The notes beneath the pieces were generated by a model. That model had not been told where the DNA came from. It saw only the letters and a list, made by a program, of their open reading frames with translations, and searched no databases. From the sequence record PX421306.1: a stretch of DNA of 64,000 bases; one strand, given 5' to 3'. Origin of the DNA: a phage. Positions within the stretch are counted from its first letter, which is position 1. The number at the start of each line of letters is the position of its first letter. Positions 34,719 through 45,943 of this stretch are shown piece after piece. A program made the position numbers and the translations under genes.

Positions 34719-34912
34719 TATAAATTCTCTTTTAAATGAAAATGCAGGACTTATTGGCATTGCCTGCGCAAGCCCTCAAGGGGAACATAGGTTTTATATA
34801 TTTACCGACAGGATAACCATAAACCTCGTCAACATTCAAGAGGTACACCGTAAAACAAAGTTCGACGGCTCCTCGTTTTAACTTCACACTAAGGCAGTGA
34901 CTCTCCAATAAA

Positions 34913-35161
34913 TTACTTCAGTGTTACCACAAAGTGACGAACTGCTTTTCGTGCGGCAGAAGCCAGAGGCTTAGCATATTTAAGTTCATCTTTTTCCTGA
35001 AGCTCAGCAGCTAATGCAGTTTGAGCAGGATTCAGATGTTTGAAATAACGCAGGATTTCAAGTGCTTCGGCTTCAACATCAATAGATGCGCCATAGTTTT
35101 CGTGACCATTATTCCATGCGTTTCGTTGCAGTTCAAGAGCGTGTTGTAATTGTTTAATCAT
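34913..35161 (-). CDS. rIII: rIII lysis-inhibition accessory protein (82 aa)
   Basis: 82 aa, position between 30.x cluster and gene 31. Confidence 0.88.
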   Translation of the reverse strand: MIKQLQHALELQRNAWNNGHENYGASIDVEAEALEILRYFKHLNPAQTALAAELQEKDELKYAKPLASAARKAVRHFVVTLK

Positions 35162-35308
35162 TTAAAAATTCTCGTTAGAGATTAAAACTCGGTAGTCACG
35201 TTCTTCTGAATTTCATCTTCTTTCGACAGATCTCTCAGTTGTAGACTACCACATAGAATTGTTCGGTTAACTTATTATTCCGACACCCAATTCATATTAT
35301 TATTTATA

Positions 35309-35644
35309 TCACTTATAAAGACACGGAATAGCTTTATAGTGACAGGTAACGAATTTTTGTTTAATTTCTTTTGGCTGCTTAAGACCCAGAGCTACAAAAG
35401 GATGAGGAACGTTTCGAATTTGACCAACTGGAAGAGAAGTCAAATCACCAACTTCGCAGAAACCTTCAGGAACATCAGGACCAACAGAGTGAACTACACA
35501 CAGTTCAGGAACTTCACCTTGGACACGTTTACCGATAATAAGTCCTGATTCTGTAACTTCTTCATCACCAGCTTGTGCAGGTTCAGAAACTAAAATAACA
35601 TATTCACCGACAGCACGAATTGGTAGCTGTTGTACTTCAAACAT
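35309..35644 (-). CDS. 31: Co-chaperonin gp31 (GroES analogue, 111 aa)
   Basis: 111 aa, [26 protein letters not shown]... Confidence 0.94.
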
Positions 35645-35700
35645 CGTTTTTCCTTTTTGTTAACAGATGAATTAATAATAACAAATAATTCTTAAAGCAT

Positions 35701-36009
35701 TTATTTACCAATAAATTGAAGCAAATGCTCAACTTTCATACCATTAACGGAAATCAATTTGTCAATAGAAAAACCTCGCCATGCACCAAGCTCAACATCA
35801 AATACTGGAATCATATCAGTAGATTCTTTCCGAGTAGATTCAGTCAATTTACCGGTTTGCATGGTTGGCATAAAGTCTGCATCACGAGTACCTTTCATAG
35901 TACGAATAGTACCATCAGACTTTTCAAAAACCACGTTTGAAATACCCATGGACAATTTAGTTTTCAAAATTTCACGAATTGCTACTTTCTGTTCAGTTGT
36001 CAGTTTCAT
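35701..36009 (-). CDS. 31.1: Hypothetical protein (31.1-like)
   Basis: 102-aa ORF. Confidence 0.55.
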   Translation of the reverse strand: MKLTTEQKVAIREILKTKLSMGISNVVFEKSDGTIRTMKGTRDADFMPTMQTGKLTESTRKESTDMIPVFDVELGAWRGFSIDKLISVNGMKVEHLLQFIGK

Positions 36010-36246
36010 TTATTTACCTATTACAGTTTTAATATGGGTTGTTCCACGTTCTTTAAGAGTGGAAAGCAATTTTTGGCATTTTTCTAAATCAGATTTCCAA
36101 CTATACGGCCTATCAATACAAACCCATTCTGACTTATAATACTGTTTCCATTTAGAGAAAAAATACTTCTTATACTCTACAGCAAATGAAATGTTCTCGT
36201 TAGAATAAGAACTAATTGCTGTGAGCTGTACCAAACGAAATTTCAT
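36010..36246 (-). CDS. 31.2: Hypothetical protein (31.2-like)
   Basis: 78-aa ORF. Confidence 0.5.
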   Translation of the reverse strand: MKFRLVQLTAISSYSNENISFAVEYKKYFFSKWKQYYKSEWVCIDRPYSWKSDLEKCQKLLSTLKERGTTHIKTVIGK

Positions 36247-36827
36247 TATTCACCACAGAATTCGTTGATATTTTCCCAGTTTAACTTATTCAAGTTTTTC
36301 TTAGGAACATTAAACACTTCAATACCTGCATTTCGCAGAATATCATCCCAGCCAGGTTTATTCTTATCGTATGTTTCGCAATAAACCAGCTTTTTAATAC
36401 CAGATTGAGCTATCGCTTTTGCACAATCTGGGCAAGGAGAAAGTGTTACATACATAGTAGCACCTTCAATTGAAGAACCATTTCGCGCAGCAAACAAAAT
36501 CGCATTTAGTTCAGCATGAATTTCATTTTTAGACGACCACTCAGAGTGAGCACTACGATGTTCTTTCGCCAAGACAAAACGATCAGTTGAACCAAATGAT
36601 ACACATTCAGGCTTATGACCTTGAATGATAGTATGTTTAGGCTTATTTAGCAACCAACCTTGCTCAACAGCATAATCGCAGCAATTCACACCACCTGCAG
36701 GTGAACCATTATATCCGGTAGAAATAATACGTCCATTCTTTTCAATTACCGCTCCTACCTTCCAGGAGCAACATTTTGATTCTTGTGATACTAAATATGC
36801 AATTTGAAGTACTGTACTCGCTTTCAT
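36246..36827 (-). CDS. cd: dCMP deaminase (193 aa)
   Basis: Zinc-binding HAELNAI...PCPDCAKAI motifs. Confidence 0.95.
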   Translation of the reverse strand: MKASTVLQIAYLVSQESKCCSWKVGAVIEKNGRIISTGYNGSPAGGVNCCDYAVEQGWLLNKPKHTIIQGHKPECVSFGSTDRFVLAKEHRSAHSEWSSKNEIHAELNAILFAARNGSSIEGATMYVTLSPCPDCAKAIAQSGIKKLVYCETYDKNKPGWDDILRNAGIEVFNVPKKNLNKLNWENINEFCGE

Positions 36828-37162
36828 TTCATAATCACCAGATAAGCAGATTTAGCAGTTTCAACACGATAAATTTCGTGACGAAGTTTAGTTATACTTT
36901 TAATAACAGAACTAATTATATTCTGCCCGTCTTTAAAGCGGTTTTTCTTATCAATAAAAATTGCGCCAACCATCTTTTTGTGAAGCTCAACTGGATACTT
37001 CGTCACAATAATAGCATCATACACAGAAGGATGAATACTGTTCACCAGAGTATCATTCATTAAAGTTATTCTAATGAACTGTGCTGTTTCAGAGTCAAGC
37101 GCTCTATGATCGCCAGTATCATTTTCAAGACAATTATCAATTATATCAGTTAAATTCATCAT
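36824..37162 (-). CDS. cd.1: Hypothetical protein (cd.1-like)
   Basis: 112-aa ORF. Confidence 0.5.
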   Translation of the reverse strand: MMNLTDIIDNCLENDTGDHRALDSETAQFIRITLMNDTLVNSIHPSVYDAIIVTKYPVELHKKMVGAIFIDKKNRFKDGQNIISSVIKSITKLRHEIYRVETAKSAYLVIMK

Positions 37163-37395
37163 AGTACGCCATACACCCTTTGTGCTTCAACTAATCCATC
37201 AAAATCCAATTTGAGATGTGTTATTTGGTCACCATCACCTGGATTCACAATTACTAATACTGAACGAGGAGTTTCGGTAATAACACGAACCGATGTTTCA
37301 GGAAATCGTTCAGAAACCTTATTTACCAATTCCTGAGCAAATAGTTTAACTTTTTCTTGGAATTCTTTAGTAGTAATTGGTTTTTCACTTAGCAT
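37159..37395 (-). CDS. cd.2: Hypothetical protein (cd.2-like)
   Basis: 78-aa ORF. Confidence 0.5.
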   Translation of the reverse strand: MLSEKPITTKEFQEKVKLFAQELVNKVSERFPETSVRVITETPRSVLVIVNPGDGDQITHLKLDFDGLVEAQRVYGVL

Positions 37396-37916
37396 GTTGA
37401 TCCCAGCTCCTTACTTTCAACGTTTTTAACTAATTTGACAGAAACTAATTCGGCATCTTGGGTAATCATTACCGGGCCTTCTTCATACTCTTCAAGATAT
37501 TCTAGAGCTTTCTTTTTAGCTTCTTCCTTCGTATCAGTTTGAGCATAGATATAAAACATACAACCAGTAATACCTACTACTTTCCACTTAATTTCTTTAT
37601 CAGTTTTAATTTCAAATTTACTTGTAGAATCATCTTTTTGAACTTCTTCGAAAAAAGAATATTCTAACATATAAGCAATTGAAAATAACGGGCTAACTTT
37701 ATAGGATTCGCCCATTACATCAACAGCTTTATACCAGCAATCATCAATTTCACGTTTAATGCTAATAACATTTTTCGCAGGATCTATTTTTACTTTAAAT
37801 GAATTTTCCCCAATAAACTGGGCAATTCGTTTATTAGCCCCGCAGGTTTCATTAAAAATATCTTTATACCCAGCTTTAAAGCGATAAACCTTATCTTCTT
37901 CAAACCATTCGCTCAT
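37389..37916 (-). CDS. cd.3: Hypothetical protein (cd.3-like)
   Basis: 175-aa ORF. Confidence 0.5.
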   Translation of the reverse strand: MSEWFEEDKVYRFKAGYKDIFNETCGANKRIAQFIGENSFKVKIDPAKNVISIKREIDDCWYKAVDVMGESYKVSPLFSIAYMLEYSFFEEVQKDDSTSKFEIKTDKEIKWKVVGITGCMFYIYAQTDTKEEAKKKALEYLEEYEEGPVMITQDAELVSVKLVKNVESKELGSTC

Positions 37917-37978
37917 TTCAATTTCCTCATTTGTTTTGGTAGAGCTATAATATCACAACTCTACCTTAAAGTAAACTA

Positions 37979-38254
37979 TTAAATTGCTTTGAATTCTGAT
38001 GTCTGTGATTCAAAGCGAATATCGCCTTTGATGACTAGCTCAGCATCAAAACCGAATACGACAATGATATGCGCGGAACCTGGATACAGCGTAATTGCAA
38101 TAGAATCCACTTGGTCTGGAAGCAAAGCGTTCAATACATGAGTCACCTGAGCATGAATTCGAAGCTCAGCTGCGTTATCAAGCTTTTCAAACATATTATT
38201 AGCAATAATTTGGCTAAACACTACTTCTACGATTTTAGAATAAGTCGGAAACAT
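37979..38254 (-). CDS. cd.4: Hypothetical protein (cd.4-like)
   Basis: 91-aa ORF. Confidence 0.5.
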   Translation of the reverse strand: MFPTYSKIVEVVFSQIIANNMFEKLDNAAELRIHAQVTHVLNALLPDQVDSIAITLYPGSAHIIVVFGFDAELVIKGDIRFESQTSEFKAI

Positions 38255-38256
38255 AT

Positions 38257-38449
38257 TTACCTCACATAATTTTCTTCAAGCCAATCAATAACATCCAACG
38301 CATTATCAAAAGTTGAACCATCTACTTTGTCTTCTGTTTCATAATCAAGAACATCTAAGCCTACTCTTCCATCAACAATAGGCCATAAACAAAATAGATA
38401 TTTCTTTTCTTTTTCAATTTTATCACAAAGCCGATAAATCTTTTCTATG

Positions 38450-38457
<8 letters not shown>
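38257..38457 (-). CDS. cd.5: Hypothetical protein (cd.5-like)
   Basis: 66-aa ORF. Confidence 0.5.
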
Positions 38458-39850
<1,393 letters not shown>

Positions 39851-39854
<4 letters not shown>

Positions 39855-40087
39855 TTATTTTTCTCAACTAATGATTGAATATAATCATGCAGGTCTTTAG
39901 ATGCTTTACCCCACTTATTTTGATATTCATTTTTAAGATTAGCACGTGATTGAGCTAATAAAACATCATTGGTTGGAGGTAAAGATTCTAATCGTTGAAT
40001 CTGGCGTCCATAAATCATTGCAGCCATCTCGGATTCATAAATCAATCCTTTGAGATGTTCAAATTGATGCCATGAAATCATTTGCAT
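39851..40087 (-). CDS. Hypothetical protein (78 aa)
   Basis: ORF between pseT.1 and spanins. Confidence 0.5.
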
Positions 40088-40377
40088 TTATCCTCTTTTA
40101 ACTCTTGGCGATAATAACATATCATAGTTTTTTGGTCATGTACATATCGTTTTACATCATTAAGCCAAATACGAAATTCCTGGGAATCTTCGAATGGCAT
40201 ACCGACCCAAGCTTTACCATCAATAACTTTAACTTGCCAGGATAGTTTAGCTTCATCATATGACTTTATCTGCACAGGCCAATTAGGATGAACTGTTTCT
40301 TTCTTTACTTCTAGAGGCTTTGTCGAACAACCAACTAGAAGACCAATAGATAATATTACTGCTGATAGTTTAATCAT
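40078..40377 (-). CDS. pseT.2: Outer-membrane spanin (o-spanin, lipoprotein; lipobox LLVGC)
   Basis: Signal peptide plus lipobox Cys; 99 aa; follows i-spanin. Confidence 0.75.
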   Translation of the reverse strand: MIKLSAVILSIGLLVGCSTKPLEVKKETVHPNWPVQIKSYDEAKLSWQVKVIDGKAWVGMPFEDSQEFRIWLNDVKRYVHDQKTMICYYRQELKEDKCK

Positions 40378-40727
40378 TTAGAAAGGTCCTGGATGTCTTC
40401 TGCGAACTTGTTGAAGGAGTTGTTGATTTGTTTTTCAACCAATCCTGGCTTATGAGCCACCACATCCGCCTTCTTTGCGTCTTTGCGCAGTTTTTCATTT
40501 TCACGCTCAATAGCAGCAATTGCCTCACGATTTTTATTATTCATCGCATCAATATAATTATACTGAATTCGCAAATTATCTAATGCTAAAGCGTTTTCAT
40601 TGGCCGTTTTTGTAATTTCTACAACAGACGTTTCTAATCTTTCAATTTTACTTTTTAAAATTAAAGAAGTTCCGCCCAATGCAATTACAATTAATAGCAA
40701 GCCTGCTGTCGTATTATTTAATTGCAT
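40374..40727 (-). CDS. pseT.3: Inner-membrane spanin (i-spanin; N-terminal TM plus coiled coil)
   Basis: N-terminal hydrophobic helix GLLLIVIALGG and coiled-coil periplasmic domain; 117 aa. Confidence 0.75.
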   Translation of the reverse strand: MQLNNTTAGLLLIVIALGGTSLILKSKIERLETSVVEITKTANENALALDNLRIQYNYIDAMNNKNREAIAAIERENEKLRKDAKKADVVAHKPGLVEKQINNSFNKFAEDIQDLSK

Positions 40728-41221
40728 AAAGTTTTAATAACCTCTATAATATCGTCTTGAGAAAGACCGTTAATTAAAATATGATGTTCAGCAGGAGATT
40801 TAGAAATTTTAAAGCATGCCTCAACATCTTCTGCCATATCTGATGCGCTACGATTTGGATTACTAATTCCAAGACGATGTTTTCCCGTTAAAGGATTAAC
40901 GATGATATAACATTTACAGTTGTTAATATGAACATTAGGTTGAGTCTGATTAATGAACACATCACAATCATATTTCGCAAGCTGATTTTCTAAAAAGACT
41001 TTCATCTCCTCAACTGCGTCAGGAAGCATATCACGGGCTTGCTCAAGACGACGATTTCGATATTCTTTAATGGTCGTTTTCCGCTTGACTTGCTTAGCTA
41101 AATCTTTCTTAAGATCGGTGATATATCCAACTCGACGATTTCCTTTAAATACAGAAATCCCATCTGTAGTATCACCGTATGCTTCAACGACCATCTCAGT
41201 AGTAATAAGCTGCAAATCCAT
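40718..41221 (-). CDS. alc: Alc, host transcription unfolding/termination protein (167 aa)
   Basis: 167 aa at T4 alc position. Confidence 0.8.
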   Translation of the reverse strand: MDLQLITTEMVVEAYGDTTDGISVFKGNRRVGYITDLKKDLAKQVKRKTTIKEYRNRRLEQARDMLPDAVEEMKVFLENQLAKYDCDVFINQTQPNVHINNCKCYIIVNPLTGKHRLGISNPNRSASDMAEDVEACFKISKSPAEHHILINGLSQDDIIEVIKTLCN

Positions 41222-41229
41222 CATAAAGT

Positions 41230-41285
41230 CCTCATGTTATGTCAGTAAGACTACTGTAACACATCACGAGGGACTTGTAAACAGC

Positions 41286-41288
<3 letters not shown>
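41230..41288 (-). promoter_or_regulatory. Early promoter/leader cassette copy B (near-identical to copy A) upstream of alc
   Basis: Minus strand: TAA-GCTGTTTACAAGTCCCTCGTGATGTGTTACAGTAGTCTTACTGACATAACATGAGGAC; about 90% identical to copy A over 53 nt. Confidence 0.65.
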
Positions 41289-42873
<1,585 letters not shown>

Positions 42874-42900
42874 AATAAAATGGGCCTTGCGGCCCACTCC
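42874..42900 (-). promoter_or_regulatory. Structured translation initiation region of denA: SD GGAG separated from AUG by an 18-nt hairpin (UGGGCC-GCAA-GGCCCA)
   Basis: Minus strand TAA-GGAGTGGGCCGCAAGGCCCATTTTATT-ATG; GNRA-type loop. Confidence 0.5.
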
Positions 42901-44070
42901 TTAAAAATATTTTTTAAAACTCATCATAACTTTATCATCAACATCATTATCAATCTGTGCAACAAGGTAAGATGACAGTTCTACTTCTTGTGGCGCTGAT
43001 TGAACATTATCAGAATTAAGATATTCACGAATCCAAGGATACGGATGTTTAACCGGAGCATCAGTAATTGGGCATGGAAGACCGCACTGTTTCATACGAG
43101 ATACAGTTAAGTAATCAATAAAGCTCCACATGCTATTTGTATTTAATCCAGGAACATCGCCATCTTTAAATAAATGAACTGCCCAGTCTTTTTCTTGACG
43201 GTTAACTTCCATGAAAATATCAACTGCTTCTTGTTCACACTCTTGGGCGATTTTAACCCATTCATCACCATCAGTGCCAAGCTGAAGTTGACGAATAATA
43301 TATTGGGTGCCTTTAAGGTGTAGCTGTTCATCACGAGCAATGAACTTCATAATCTTGGCATTACCTTCCATGATTTCCATGTTTTTGTGGAAGTTAAATG
43401 TACACGCGAAAGATACGTAAAAACGAATAGCTTCCAGAGCGTTGATTACATGAAGGCAAAGATAAAGAGATTTCATTAATGCTCGTTTAGTACATTCAAC
43501 AACTTTGCCTAACTCTTCTTTACGAAATCCTTCTGATAAAATTCCTTCATAATCTTCAACCGCATTCTGATATTCACGAGTCTTAACTAGAACGTCATCA
43601 TAATAACGACCAATAGATTCAGCACGTTTCATGATAGCTTTATCTAATACAATCTCATCAAATACCTTTGACGGATCAGTATAAAGATTTCGCATAATAT
43701 GAGTATATGAACGGCTGTGAATAGTTTCACTAAAAGTCCATGTAGCAACCCATGTATCAAGGCTTGGGTCTGAAATTAATGACATAAGTACAGCAGACGG
43801 TGCACGACCCTGAATGCTATCTAGAAGTGATTGATACTTCAGGTTATTAGTAAAAATATCCTGCTGATATTGAGGAAGCTTATTAAATTGTGCAGCATCC
43901 ATCATCAAGTTTACTTCTTCAGGACGCCAGAAAAATGACAACTGCTTTTCGGTTAAATCTTCAAAAACTTTATGACGTTGAATATCATAACGCGCAATAC
44001 CAAGACCTGAACCGAAGAACATAGGTTCTTTTAAAACATCAACTGGATTTGTATTAAAAACTGTGCTCAT
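42901..44070 (-). CDS. nrdB: Ribonucleotide reductase beta subunit NrdB (389 aa), uninterrupted
   Basis: Di-iron/tyrosyl radical family, continuous ORF. Confidence 0.96.
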   Translation of the reverse strand: MSTVFNTNPVDVLKEPMFFGSGLGIARYDIQRHKVFEDLTEKQLSFFWRPEEVNLMMDAAQFNKLPQYQQDIFTNNLKYQSLLDSIQGRAPSAVLMSLISDPSLDTWVATWTFSETIHSRSYTHIMRNLYTDPSKVFDEIVLDKAIMKRAESIGRYYDDVLVKTREYQNAVEDYEGILSEGFRKEELGKVVECTKRALMKSLYLCLHVINALEAIRFYVSFACTFNFHKNMEIMEGNAKIMKFIARDEQLHLKGTQYIIRQLQLGTDGDEWVKIAQECEQEAVDIFMEVNRQEKDWAVHLFKDGDVPGLNTNSMWSFIDYLTVSRMKQCGLPCPITDAPVKHPYPWIREYLNSDNVQSAPQEVELSSYLVAQIDNDVDDKVMMSFKKYF

Positions 44071-44121
44071 AAATTTTCCGCTTAGTTAATAGATAGTGAC
44101 TCGTCCGTGAGTCAAATTATA

Positions 44122-45111
44122 TCATAATTTACAGGATGAACAATCTTCAGCTTTTGGAGTTTCTATTTCATAATCATCAGTACCAGAACCGTCGCGGGTA
44201 TTATGATAATAGAAATTTTTTCCGCCAAAATACCAAAAGTACAAAAGGTCATCAATCATTACAGACATTGGAACCTTTCCTTTTGGAAAAATCTGCGGGT
44301 CATAATATGTATTCGCTGAAGCTGATTGACATACCCATTTCAGCATAATAGCTACCTGCGTAAGATAAGGTTTATTACCTTTCTTAGCCAATTTCCACGT
44401 ATAATCATAGAGGTCTATGTTATGTTCAATATTGGGCACGACTTGATTAAAGGAACCCTCTTTTGACTCTTTAACAGAGACTGGTCCACGTGGAGGCTCG
44501 ATACCGTTTGTACTGTTAGAAACTTGGGAAGATGACTCACATGGCATAAGTGCTGATAATGTGCTATTACGAATGCCAAAGAGCTTAAGGTCTTCCCGCA
44601 GCGACGACCAGTCACAAACGTATTTTGGAGCTGCGATTTGGTCAATCTTTTTATTGTACCAGTCGATAGGTAATTCGCCTCGAGACCAACGAGTGTCTGA
44701 ATAATATTCGCAAGGTCCTTTTTCTTTGGCGAGCTTAATGGATGCTTTAATGAGTCCATACTGTAATCTCTCAAATAGTTCATGTGTTAAATCGTTAGCA
44801 TCTTCATAAGAAGCAAAGTTACTTGCCAACCAAGCTGCATAGTTAGTAACACCTACACCAAGATTTCGACGCTTTTTAGCCTTTTCTGCTTCAGGAACTG
44901 GATATCCTTGGTAATCCAAAAGATTATCAAGAGCACGAACTTGGACTTCTGCTAATTCATTAATTTTATCTTGGTCTTGCCAATCGAAGTTATCTAACAC
45001 AAATGCGCTAAGGGTACAAAGCCCCACTTCTCCCTTGTTTTCAATAACTTCTATTGTAGTATACTCATCATCTTCGTAAAATTCATCTACAAATTCATAA
45101 TCAATATTCAT
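44122..45111 (-). CDS. nrdA: Ribonucleotide reductase alpha subunit, C-terminal fragment (329 aa)
   Basis: Begins with 19-27 non-native residues then EVGLCTLSAF...; C-terminal CxxC tail (CSSCKL); start overlaps HNH stop. Confidence 0.9.
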   Translation of the reverse strand: MNIDYEFVDEFYEDDEYTTIEVIENKGEVGLCTLSAFVLDNFDWQDQDKINELAEVQVRALDNLLDYQGYPVPEAEKAKKRRNLGVGVTNYAAWLASNFASYEDANDLTHELFERLQYGLIKASIKLAKEKGPCEYYSDTRWSRGELPIDWYNKKIDQIAAPKYVCDWSSLREDLKLFGIRNSTLSALMPCESSSQVSNSTNGIEPPRGPVSVKESKEGSFNQVVPNIEHNIDLYDYTWKLAKKGNKPYLTQVAIMLKWVCQSASANTYYDPQIFPKGKVPMSVMIDDLLYFWYFGGKNFYYHNTRDGSGTDDYEIETPKAEDCSSCKL

Positions 45112-45943
45112 TTAATTCTTCTACCTTTTTTCTAGTAATTCCTAAAGCTTTAGATGCTCGATGTATTGATTGATATTCTATACCGTTTATTTTTACAGCA
45201 ATTAAGTTATGGGGTTTTAATCCCTTTGGATGAGGTTTACTGACGAAAACTAAATTATCAAGCTCTGAAATCTTATCCAATTTCTTACACTTAAATCCTT
45301 TGTGATGCGCCCGTTTACCTTTACAAACGGCTGACATCGCAGATGGATTTAAATTATGCTCTTTACAAAATTCGTTAAGACCTCGATGAATTTCCTCATG
45401 ACCATCTGGAAATGTAAACACCCAAGACGTTTGAAGTCGAGATTTAACTTCTGGAGACATAGGAATACCTTTGTTCCAGGCCGGTTTGCCTTTATTATTT
45501 TCAGATACAGAAATAGCCAATTTTCTTCTAAGCCACCCATGTCGTTTATTGGTGTTCTTTCGTTCAATATTATCTTCAGAATAAACACACATCATATTAG
45601 CGGCAAATATCAATTTATGATTATCTGGATATATCTTTACTAATAATTGATGAGCTATGTAATGCTCTTCTGGTGTCAAATCTACCAGGTTTTCCTTTGT
45701 ATCAGAACCACCAATACACAGAGGTATAATATGATGTGATTCGGTATAGCAATCTAATTTTCTGTTCTTAGCTTTAGAAATAAGGTTATTGTAAATTTTA
45801 GAATAATCCATAACTTTTCCTCTTGTTATGGATTATTTATTAACGGTCTGTGTACTTTATTTGCTTTGAATTATACCGCCAGGATTAGCTTCATAAAACT
45901 TAGCTACATCCGACTTCTTAATTTTAATTAAACGGGTTTGTTG
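45050..45943 (-). mobile_element. Approximate extent of the homing-endonuclease insertion interrupting nrdA
   Basis: Region between the last native NrdA-N codons (NDVNS, ~45944) and resumption of native NrdA-C sequence; boundaries approximate. Confidence 0.5.
45101..45811 (-). CDS. mobE: mobE-like HNH homing endonuclease (236 aa) inserted within nrdA
   Basis: Mob-family HNH signature ESHHIIPLCIGGSDTKENLVDLTPEEHYIAHQ, NUMOD-like C-terminal motifs, SD AAGAGGA. Confidence 0.85.
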   Translation of the reverse strand: MDYSKIYNNLISKAKNRKLDCYTESHHIIPLCIGGSDTKENLVDLTPEEHYIAHQLLVKIYPDNHKLIFAANMMCVYSEDNIERKNTNKRHGWLRRKLAISVSENNKGKPAWNKGIPMSPEVKSRLQTSWVFTFPDGHEEIHRGLNEFCKEHNLNPSAMSAVCKGKRAHHKGFKCKKLDKISELDNLVFVSKPHPKGLKPHNLIAVKINGIEYQSIHRASKALGITRKKVEELNEY

